A stretch of 35,017 bases of DNA from Octopus bimaculoides (lineage: Eukaryota): contig NC_068986.1 in the NCBI RefSeq assembly GCF_001194135.2, forward strand, positions 87,251,680 to 87,286,696, in the 5' to 3' direction. Each line of letters begins with the position of its first letter. The first letter of the stretch is position 1. The notes beneath the pieces are model-generated. The model searched no databases, had not been told where the DNA came from, and worked only from the letters and a program-made list of their open reading frames with translations. Of the stretch, positions 11,911 through 23,167 are shown piece after piece. Both the position numbers and the translations under genes were made by a program.

Positions 11911-12376
11911 TTACAAACGTATGATGTTTTTTGTATATTATATACATGATATTATAATGGATGAAGGGATGATTATTGAATGGTTATTATTTTGATATTA
12001 TGATATTTTTTAAATAATTTTTCTATCTTTATACAATAAGTATTTCATATTAATTCATTTGGTACTTATTGTTGGTTGAGATATATATCTAATTATTGTT
12101 CTACTTACGATCTGACGAGTAGCTATATTTTTGAATAGAATTTATTTTCGATAATTTCAATTGATTTTAATCGATTTAAATTTCTTTTCTATTTGAAAAT
12201 TGGTTATGAAACACGTGTAATCTTTTTTATTATATTTATCTTATGATATTTACTTTACTTTATATTATACTNNNNNNNNNNNNNNNNNNNNNNNNNNNNN
12301 NNNNNNNNNNNNNNNNNNNNNNNNNNNNNNNNNNNNNNNNNNNNNNNNNNNNNNNNNNNNNNNNNNNNNNNNNNNN

Positions 12377-12447
<71 letters not shown>

Positions 12448-13004
12448 TACACGCACACACATATATATATATATAAACATATATACATATATATATGTAT
12501 ATATGTATATATATGCATACATATATGTACATGTATGTATATGTGTGTGCGTGTGTTCGTGTTTGTGTGTGTGTGTGTGTGTGCTTATATATGAGTGTGT
12601 GTAACTGTGTATGCATGTCTGTGTATTTGTGTCTATTATACCAGTGCCGTATTTGACGCACATCAGTTTCTTTCACGCACATGGTGTCAGATGGAAATCG
12701 TAAACTTCTACGAAAGGAACAAGTGTAACAGTTAATATATGGTGGAATATATATTGTTGAATTATAAGAATATTTTGTACCTTTTAACCATTAACATACA
12801 TATGTATGAATATATTTGGAGTTATTGTGCGTTGTTCACAACAGGGCTCTGATATAAAATATACTTTTGCAATATTGCATCACGTTTCACTGACATTTGC
12901 TACTTTATAGTTATGAAGTACGTACACACACACACACACACACAAATATATATACACACATACATGCATTCACACATGCGCACTCACATATATGCATATA
13001 TGTA

Positions 13005-13035
<31 letters not shown>

Positions 13036-13784
13036 NNNNNNNNNNNNNNNNNNNNNNNNNNNNNNNNNNNNNNNNNNNNNNNNNNNNNNNNNNNNNNNNN
13101 NNNNNNNNNNNNNNNNNNNNNNNNNNNNNNNNNNNNNNNNNNNNNNNNNNNNNNNNNNNNNNNNNNNNNNNNNNNNNNNNNNNNNNNNNNNNNNNNNNNN
13201 NNNNNNNNNNNNNNNNNNNNNNNNNNNNNNNNNNNNNNNNNNNNNNNNNNNNNNNNNNNNNNNNNNNNNNNNNNNNNNNNNNNNNNNNNNNNNNNNNNNN
13301 NNNNNNNNNNNNNNNNNNNNNNNNNNNNNNNNNNNNNNNNNNNNNNNNNNNNNNNNNNNNNNNNNNNNNNNNNNNNNNNNNNNNNNNNNNNNNNNNNNNN
13401 NNNNNNNNNNNNNNNNNNNNNNNNNNNNNNNNNNNNNNNNNNNNNNNNNNNNNNNNNNNNNNNNNNNNNNNNNNNNNNNNNNNNNNNNNNNNNNNNNNNN
13501 NNNNNNNNNNNNNNNNNNNNNNNNNNNNNNNNNNNNNNNNNNNNNNNNNNNNNNNNNNNNNNNNNNNNNNNNNNNNNNNNNNNNNNNNNNNNNNNNNNNN
13601 NNNNNNNNNNNNNNNNNNNNNNNNNNNNNNNNNNNNNNNNNNNNNNNNNNNNNNNNNNNNNNNNNNNNNNNNNNNNNNNNNNNNNNNNNNNNNNNNNNNN
13701 NNNNNNNNNNNNNNNNNNNNNNNNNNNNNNNNNNNNNNNNNNNNNNNNNNNTATACATTTATAAATATAATTAAGGGATCAGCA

Positions 13785-14496
13785 AAACAGTTGCTTCACC
13801 ACATACCGAAGTTCAGAAATAGCAGCCAAAATGCTGAGATTCCAACAGATAACATTACCTGTAACTCACAAAGGCAAAACAAGAAGAAAGATCAATGAAA
13901 ACTAACAATTCGAAGTTAATCATAGACGCGTTTCTGGCTTAGGAGCGATAACACTCCATTTCCTCTTCAGTATGATATTCTCGTTGTAAATTCGACGGTG
14001 CTAGCAATTGTGCATGTATGACAGAGTGAACATCATGCATCGACACAACTTGAAAGTACCTCCGAACCTACATAGGCCAGCCAGTCCACTATTGGTCCTC
14101 AAGAAATTACCATGTGCATCGCAAGCAATACCGCAGAAAATCTGCGGTTTACTATCAGGGAGTGAATAATTATTACAATTAAAAGGGTAAAGGTTTATCA
14201 ATTTATTAATTGGGTTCGAAGGTGCTTTCAAGTTGTATCGATGCATGATGTTCACTCTGTCATACATGCACAATTGCTAGCACCGTCGAATTTACAACGA
14301 GAATATCATACTGAAGAGGAAATTGAGTGTTATCGCTCCTAAGCCAGAAACGCGTCTATGATTAACTTCGAATGGTTTGTTTTCATTGTTCTTTCTTCTT
14401 GTTTTGCCTTTGTGAGTTACAGGTAATGCTATCTGTTGGAGTCTCAGCATGTTGGCTGCTATTTCTGAACTTCGGTATGTGGTGAAGCAACTGTTT
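13785..14496. mobile_element. Foldback / long-TIR non-autonomous element (MITE-like): 284-bp arms, 144-bp spacer
   Basis: 13785-14068 is the reverse complement of 14213-14496, with 10 substitutions and no indels by manual alignment (~96.5%). No coding capacity. Flanked by (AT)-rich tracts. Confidence 0.8.
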
Positions 14497-14508
14497 ATAT
14501 AAATATAC

Positions 14509-14547
<39 letters not shown>

Positions 14548-15206
14548 NNNNNNNNNNNNNNNNNNNNNNNNNNNNNNNNNNNNNNNNNNNNNNNNNNNNN
14601 NNNNNNNNNNNNNNNNNNNNNNNNNNNNNNNNNNNNNNNNNNNNNNNNNNNNNNNNNNNNNNNNNNNNNNNNNNNNNNNNNNNNNNNNNNNNNNNNNNNN
14701 NNNNNNNNNNNNNNNNNNNNNNNNNNNNNNNNNNNNNNNNNNNNNNNNNNNNNNNNNNNNNNNNNNNNNNNNNNNNNNNNNNNNNNNNNNNNNNNNNNNN
14801 NNNNNNNNNNNNNNNNNNNNNNNNNNNNNNNNNNNNNNNNNNNNNNNNNNNNNNNNNNNNNNNNNNNNNNNNNNNNNNNNNNNNNNNNNNNNNNNNNNNN
14901 NNNNNNNNNNNNNNNNNNNNNNNNNNNNNNNNNNNNNNNNNNNNNNNNNNNNNNNNNNNNNNNNNNNNNNNNNNNNNNNNNNNNNNNNNNNNNNNNNNNN
15001 NNNNNNNNNNNNNNNNNNNNNNNNNNNNNNNNNNNNNNNNNNNNNNNNNNNNNNNNNNNNNNNNNNNNNNNNNNNNNNNNNNNNNNNNNNNNNNNNNNNN
15101 NNNNNNNNNNNNNNNNNNNNNNNNNNNNNNNNNNNNNNNNNNNNNNNNNNNNNNNNNNNNNNNNNNNNNNNNNNNNNNNNNNNNNNNNNNNNNNNNNNNN
15201 NNNNNN

Positions 15207-15271
<65 letters not shown>

Positions 15272-15753
15272 TTATATTTATATACATATATATATACAAA
15301 TTTCTCTTTGGTAGATTTCTCATCGACTTCTCCAACTTTTACTCCGACGAAATTGAGAGTGGAGAGGGAAGTGCTGTCCTCGAGTGTGTTTATTGAAAGG
15401 TGAGTGAAAGTTGCGAAAATGACAAGAGTGGATCTGTGAGTCGGATAGAAGGAATTGGAAAAGGCCCTTGCTCCTGGGATTTCAGGGAAATCTCGGACAG
15501 TGGCGTTCCTCGATTATCCCTAGAGGCCTTCCTGTATCAGGAGGGCCATTCTCTATCATCCTCCCCACTTATTTTTCTTTTTTAAAACTTTGTATGCTAT
15601 GCATATGTCCCTTCGTCTTCCGTGTATACCGTGTATACTTTCTTTCTTTTTGTCGTTTTTATCATCCCATCATATGTAAACCCCCACACTTTATGTCTGT
15701 CTTTGTATTGTCCTCCTCATCTTTCGCCCTTGTGGCAAATAAATGAAATCAGG

Positions 15754-16145
15754 ATTATTATCATTATTGAGTGAGAGAGCAGTGCATGCCATCAAAGTGA
15801 CACTGGGGTAAAAAATACGAAGCCCAATATACCCATCATGACTATCCGTCTGATAAGGGTACACCAGGCACATGCATCACAACCATATGTGCGCGACATG
15901 GTGATCTCATATCAAGATAAACAGCGCATAACCTCGCAGGTGGGGCCCAGTTAGAATTTTTTTCAGGTTGAGTAGCCCATCCTGCTCAAAATGTCCCTGA
16001 ATAAGGTTTGTTTAAGGATGTTGAGCAAAACACCCAAGTTTCCAAAAGTGAATTATTCAAACCCTAAAGAATTCCTCTCAACACATGGCTATGATGCTCC
16101 CCTACTACTTCTGCTCATGATCAGAGATGCACATATCGTCAGCCA
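15754..16145 (-). mobile_element. Probable 3' end of a non-LTR retroposon with an (AAT)n-like tail
   Basis: Complex, GC-balanced block whose minus strand ends ...ctgctctctcactc-aataatgataataat. It resembles a repeat I recall from octopus DNA. Only one copy is in the window and there is no ORF, so the family is unassigned. Confidence 0.4.
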
Positions 16146-16354
16146 GGAAACTCTTAGCTAATTTGTCTGAGTATGATGGAAAGCGACAGCTGTCCACAGC
16201 CAGCAGACTAAGGTGACACCTGTTTACTGGTCATGCTTCATGAACCCTACGAAGAATTCTTGCAGTTCCAAGCAATGCTGATTTTTATAGGTGTTTGTAT
16301 CTTTACATTTGTACCAATCATCTTGAGCCGTATTGTTGGTTGAGTGCCGATACT

Positions 16355-16455
16355 TCAAGTACTGGAGGTCGATGTAATCTATTACCACCCTGCACACCGA
16401 CAAAGGAAATATTTCAGGCCTACTGCCTATAGTAGAAATGATTTTTGTTGTTGTT
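16355..16455 (+). mobile_element. 3' fragment of a CORE-type SINE (same family as 25441-25657 and 27398-27636)
   Basis: aagtactggaggtcgatgtaatct...aaatatttcaggcctactgcctatagtagaaatgattttt matches the 3' ends of the antisense copies at 25.4 and 27.4 kb. Confidence 0.6.
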
Positions 16456-16735
16456 GATGCTGTTAAAGTAGGCTTTATTTTGAACCATACAACACGTGAC
16501 CCACCATATAGAGATATAGAGTATTTTGTATGTTCTTTAAGTAAAAGACTCTTTCGCCAGTTCTTTCTTTGTTTCGAAGAGATTCTAACCGTTTTTTGTC
16601 TTTGCTCAACCAACTATTCGTGTTTGCTTCATTGCACCTATTCACAAGATCAGCATCTACTTTTCAAAGCTTTTCTCCACAATTCTATAACTGTTCCCAA
16701 ACCGCCAAAGATTTTCTTCAAAACAATCTAAGACT

Positions 16736-16736
16736 T

Positions 16737-16783
<47 letters not shown>

Positions 16784-16889
16784 AAACCACCACCACAACT
16801 TCTGTTCCCAATGTTCCAAATATTTTTACTACTATTACTACTACTAAAACCACCACCACAACTTCTGTTCCCAATGTTCCAAATATTTT

Positions 16890-16927
<38 letters not shown>
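16736..16927. repeat. (CTA)n microsatellite containing a 63-bp-period duplication of a 45-bp unique core
   Basis: aaaaccaccaccacaacttctgttcccaatgttccaaatattttt occurs identically at 16783-16827 and 16846-16890, each copy bounded by CTA runs. Confidence 0.9.
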
Positions 16928-17369
16928 TAAAATCTTCAACAGGACATTATGCACCGACCAAGCTGGAAACCTGCAGCTGCTAACTTTACTAGGAAGTGCT
17001 ACAATGCGCCATCTATTGACAAACACCGCATTGTCCGATTCGTGATATTTGGTTCTCTTCAGCTGGTGAGAAATGTCAAATCTGTCTCATAGGGCAAAGT
17101 AAGTTCTAACACGATGATTGCTTTTTCCATCCAGGATAGCAGGGGCATGTCTGTTCGGATCGTTATTAAAGACACCTCTTCGAGTTATATCAATACTTTC
17201 AGGTGCTCTGTCATCCTCCGGGCTGAGACTGGTTCTGAAAGAGAAAACGGATCTATTACTGCTGCTATCGCCTTTGGAATGTTTGTTGTCACTTTTTTTC
17301 TGTGCCGGTGTTCTACCTTTGGGTAATGATGGTGTATATATACGTACATACATACATGTGTGTGTTGTT

Positions 17370-17408
<39 letters not shown>

Positions 17409-18990
17409 NNNNNNNNNNNNNNNNNNNNNNNNNNNNNNNNNNNNNNNNNNNNNNNNNNNNNNNNNNNNNNNNNNNNNNNNNNNNNNNNNNNNNNNNNNNN
17501 NNNNNNNNNNNNNNNNNNNNNNNNNNNNNNNNNNNNNNNNNNNNNNNNNNNNNNNNNNNNNNNNNNNNNNNNNNNNNNNNNNNNNAGTCACAAATAACGT
17601 AAAATCGATATTTTGAGAAATTAATGTAATTAGTTCCTCGCAATTTTTGTGCTAATTGATTCGTTGTGGCTAGTTACCTGGATCCTCTTCGTTTCTCACT
17701 TCAAGCTATAACTGGACTCACCGTTTTTTCTTTTTTTTTTCCCCCCTTGATTTTCTTTTAAATATTTATAAAAATAAATTATACAGGTCCTCATATATTC
17801 TCGGCTGGCTTATACATTTACATGTCAGAAGCACTTCTTCACCTACATCTGATAGACATATATTACTCATTGCTTACCGATCGAATTAACATTTTCTGTT
17901 CTGTTCACAGTTAGTTATAACGATACTTCACACGGGATTAAGTAGCGGTCGATGAGAGCCGAACCGAAAGCAAATCCAACAATAACTATCAAAGGCAGAT
18001 AGTGAACACGGTCTGTTAGAAGTATGCTTGGTGCAAAGAGAGATATGCAGCTTTTAATGTTTGTTTTTCATGGTACTAATCATTGCACCTGATATTTCCT
18101 GTAACTAATGCCGACTTTTGCTTCAAGATTTCCTTTCTAACGTCCCTATGAACTCTACAATTTTTAGAGCCATCCGTTAAAATATATAACAGCGTGGTAA
18201 CAATACAATCCTAGGTGATTAGATATGAAGGTCGTAATACAGAAATTCAAATAACAAAAGTGGGTATCATCTTTAAAATGCAAAGCTCAAATCAGCGGTG
18301 CGGAGGTTAAGCTGTGTTGGTGTATGTACTGGCATTATTTAAATCACTTGTTGCAGATTAAAGCCGGCCCCATAGCCACATCTTCTGCGTACTGACTGAT
18401 GCACTCAACAATAATGCTACTGCATCGGTGCAATAAAAATCGGCAGCAGGGAGGATAAACAAGGATAATACAGGAGCATAAATAAAGAATAATGCCAGCC
18501 TCTTTAATACCCATTAGATATGCCAGATATAGAAGATCAACGGATCAACAGACTCACACGTATTTCCAAGCAATATTGCAAGCACTAAACAATGCTTTGA
18601 TCTTATTTATATAATATAGCGTGACAAGCGTCCGGAATGGTGCGCTCCCGGTTATTCGAAAAGCAACAACAAATGGGCACAGAAAAAGGGCGACCTAATA
18701 ATTTCTCTCTCACTTTCCCTCGATCTACATATTTATGAACTAGCTTCAAAGCCACCCTATTGGGGGGATTTTAAGCTAGCTCCTGTAGAGGGCCCCTCAT
18801 TGGGCCTTGACTCCAATAATGACACTTCATGCATTGAGAGTACATAATGAATTTTATTAAACTTGACCAATATTTTTCAAGTAATGAACAATTTTCTTCA
18901 AAACAATGATATAATATGTCGACTTGGAAGCTGCATGATAAACAATACTTTTTGACTTCCCATTCGGGGATCAGTACAATTTTCTTAAAC

Positions 18991-19027
<37 letters not shown>

Positions 19028-20160
19028 TCTCTCTCTCTTTCTGTTGATTATTTCAACCATCACCAGTACCACCACAACTGCCACATACATACCATTCAGA
19101 TTTCTGACGCCACTACCATCAACCCCTTTGTCATTGAAATATTAGAAGTTCTAGGTGTCAGAGAGATAAAGTAATTGCCCAACAAAAAATTTAAAAAAGA
19201 AAAGTAATAGAAGTAAAAATGAAACAGATAACATCACTGTTTATCGATGGCTCCTCAGACAAAAACATTCGATTTTTTCAATTGGTAGTGTAAAATATTG
19301 AGTTGGTACATGCACACATTCGATGGTAGTAGACCGTGAAAGGCGGTTCTGCAATTTCTTGAGGTCAAATGTTTTTACTGTACATTAGCTCAATCCCTCC
19401 GTTCAAATCGACTTTGCCTGTACACATGAACGGTGTACCACGTGTCAGATGTAGAACTGGTCACAGACCAACGTGAAATGAAGTGCTTGGCTGAAGAAAT
19501 ACGTCGCTCTGTGCAGTCCGATAACTGAAACTACGATCTTGTGATCGTGAGTGAAACACTCTAACCACAAGTCTACGCGTCTATAGACTTGTCCAACGCA
19601 CGTACTAGCAAACACACATATACATCGACACAAACACTAATATACATATATAACAATCGTTTGTGTATATATGTGTGATTATATGTGAATGTGTTAACTA
19701 TTGAAGTATGAGGCATTGCTTTGGTTACAGACTTTTGGTCCAGGATATGATATGTCAATGTGTTTGACAATGATGACTGAAATACATACTTAGTAAAATT
19801 CCGATCTGTAGTCGGCCATTAGTTGACTAATACAAGTTATTTCTATATTATTAGTAATTGTTAGCTTATAACAGCCTGTTGGCCGGTCATGAGACAAATA
19901 TGTATAACATAGTTCAATATAGCAGAAGCACAATATATTTGTCGTACAGTTATTTGAGGAACTGAAGTGCAAATCGTCTGACCAACAAGGTCATATATTT
20001 GTTGATTCCACGTAATTCAACCTGATAATCAATGATAGGTTTTAAACCTAGACATTATGTATGCCACTTTCTGAATGTCCTTCAGTGCAAACAATCCCAC
20101 TTGCCGGAGGAAATTTTTCATTGACAATTCTAATTTTTCTCCTTAGTTTAAGGTAATCTT

Positions 20161-21331
20161 GTTTTAAAAATCTTTAGAAATATTATTCTGTAATAATTTT
20201 GCTAGGCTCAAAATTATTACAAAGAAACAAAAGACCCATGAAATTGTATTAATTATTACTGTGAACAAAAATAAATTTTGGCATTATGAATATACAAATA
20301 ATGCTTACACACATGTATTTATGCACATCATTGCTTAGCACTGTCACCCTGTATTTTGGGTAATGTGAGCCTCTGAATAGCGCATCCAGTCACTGAATAA
20401 TGGTGGGAATATCATAAGTTTTAAAAATCTTTAGAAATATTATTCTGTAATAATTTTGCTAGGCTCAGTCATTAAAGTAGGGAATTAACTGGGAATTCCC
20501 TTTAAAGGTTTTGTCAGTCAATCATTTTATGCAGAATATTTATTTCAGCCTGGTACTTGGTTTATCACTCTCTATTTGTCCAACCAGCAACATCTGGGAT
20601 GTAAATGGACACTACATAAAAACAAACACGCAGATATGCTCAAGCAGACATATATGTTTGTGTTTATCTGATAATTATTGTTTTAGTTACTGCTATTCCC
20701 AAGTTCAAATCTATTGGAATAGAGATGGGTAAATTCGAATTTCAAAGACGTGAATAAGATGTATTACTAATTATACACCCTTAAGACAGTTAAAAGATGG
20801 TACGATATTAATATATGGGTAACAATTATCAGAATATCGTTGAACTAGAGTTTTACTCGTCATGTAATGGGTAATTTTGGAAGTTTAGCATGTGAAGCTA
20901 CGTTGAGACAAGCTATGGAAACAAGCATGAAAGTTTAGAAATGTTTTGGTCTGGTAAAGGGTTAAACTGTAGTTACAATATTATTATTGTATATACTTAT
21001 ATAATACACTAACCATATTGTTCTGAACTAAATAGTAAAAGTATTGTTTAGTGGCAACTGGCCCCTGTTCGAAAAAAATTAGAAAAATGGCAAACGTTGC
21101 AAGCAAACCAGTTTAATAATACGTACATTTTACAAGGAAACAAAAGACCCATGAAATTGTATTAATTATTACTGTGAACAAAAATAAATTTTGGCATTAT
21201 GAATATACAAATAATGCTTACACACATGTATTTATGCACATCATTGCTTAGCACTGTCACCCTGTATTTTGGGTAATGTGAGCCTCTGAATAGCGCATCC
21301 AGTCACTGAATAATGGTGGGAATATCATAAG
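20161..21331. repeat. Compound duplication: a 50-bp direct repeat (20161-20210 / 20418-20467) bracketing a 202-bp copy (20217-20418) of 21130-21331
   Basis: The 50-mers are identical. The 202-bp copies differ at one base (20223 A vs 21136 G); the offset is 913 bp. Confidence 0.92.
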
Positions 21332-21712
21332 AGGGACTTGTTCCTCGTGTCAATTCGCAGAAACACATGCATCCAACAGTCTGTAGGGAGCACTGCAAGC
21401 TGACTCGCTGTGTTTACACTTGTCTGTCTACTGCGAGAAATTGTATTCATGACAAAATATAGTGAATAGCTTTCTTACGGGTTCGAATTTGCCTCGAGCA
21501 TATCTCTGTGTATATATCTATATATAAATATATACATGATATCTCGGATTTAGCAACTCTTTCGCACTATACGTCTATATGAGATGCTTTCTTAGGACAA
21601 ATACAGCAGGACTGTGGCTTTCTTACAGTTTGTACTCAAGATATAGAAATTGCTATACATATACATGTGTGTGACTTGGTAAGTATTGATAAATATGAAA
21701 TATATATACATG

Positions 21713-21772
<60 letters not shown>

Positions 21773-22141
21773 TATATTCGAGACACACTGTTTGCATTGA
21801 CAACGCAGTATAAATTTATTGCGTAGGATATGATTGGATTTACGGCCTCGTTGTTCGGGCCCATTCAATCTACAAATGGTGTATACCAATTTTTCTTTAC
21901 CTATTGTGGAATTTAAAAGGATTCGAGAAGCGTGATTGTGAATATATTCATATATGAGTGTATATTAGAGAGAGAAGGACACATAATCAAACGTACACAC
22001 ACACATGAAGAAATTTACGCATACACACTCAAACACCGACCGATACATATATGTTATACCAACACAGATAAATGCAGTGACAGTGAGTAATAAACATACA
22101 CAGCTACATGAATATGCATGAAATCATCTGTTAAGAAGTGG

Positions 22142-22175
<34 letters not shown>
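22142..22175 (+). repeat. Poly(A) tract (34 A or more) running into an N-gap
   Basis: Directly visible. No recognisable retroposon body lies upstream. Confidence 0.9.
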
Positions 22176-22415
22176 NNNNNNNNNNNNNNNNNNNNNNNNN
22201 NNNNNNNNNNNNNNNNNNNNNNNNNNNNNNNNNNNNNNNNNNNNNNNNNNNNNNNNNNNNNNNNNNNNNNNNNNNNNNNNNNNNNNNNNNNNNNNNNNNN
22301 NNNNNNNNNNNNNNNNNNNNNNNNNNNNNNNNNNNNNNNNNNNNNNNNNNNNNNNNNNNNNNNNNNNNNNNNNNNNNNNNNNNNNNNNNNNNNNNNNNNN
22401 NNNNNNNNNNNNNNN

Positions 22416-22476
<61 letters not shown>

Positions 22477-23119
22477 CATACATATACCAATATATATATG
22501 TATATAGCTGTGGGTTTAGTTCAGTTTTGTATTTCATTTGTGTTGTGATATTTGTATAGATGGTGAGTATCTATACATAGGTATCGCCCACTTAATCATT
22601 ATATGTGTCCATCATCCGAATGTATGTATATATCCTTATGAGTATATGTATGCACACGTACGTGTTCTTGCGTGTTTTGTATATCTGCTTATAAATCAAA
22701 ATGTAATTTAATGGAGCCAAACTTTCCATAATTGTTCGAATAGAAAAATTTTTTTAAGAACACCTCTAATGTATATAAATGTATATACAACATATACATA
22801 CATATGTAAGTTCTTATGATCTGCTTCATATTTTTTCTCTTTTTTCCGGTTTTTTTCGTTATCTTTCACAAATTGTATCAACTATTACACTTAAAATGTT
22901 TTCTTTTATATTTATTTTTTGTTCATTTTGCACAAAATCTCACAACCTTCCAATCGAGATAAAAGCACGCTATATATATCAATCACCCAAAATACATAAA
23001 TTGTAATATGTGGGTAAACAGTCAAACACACAAACTATGATGGGTTAGATTTCTATTCTTGCGTGTATGCATATATAAATATATATATGTGTATATATAT
23101 ATATGTGTGTGCGTGTGAA

Positions 23120-23167
<48 letters not shown>

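Noticed and set aside
15900-16150. CTGACGA on the minus strand, checked as a possible hammerhead ribozyme core
   Set aside because: No properly spaced stem II plus GAAA and no closing stems were found by eye. An Infernal scan would be the decisive test.
17087-17353. 88-aa minus-strand ORF with protein-like composition
   Set aside because: It starts in a microsatellite, has no convincing splice sites and no recognisable domain. BLASTX or RNA-seq would be needed to revive it.
20940-20965. ...ggtaaaGGG-TTAA resembling a piggyBac-type right terminus
   Set aside because: I could not find a matching TTAA-CCC left terminus with complementary sequence nearby.
22142-22175. Poly(A) as a retrocopy or LINE tail
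   Set aside because: Upstream sequence is CA/AT-rich with no retroposon or mRNA-like body, and the other side is a gap.
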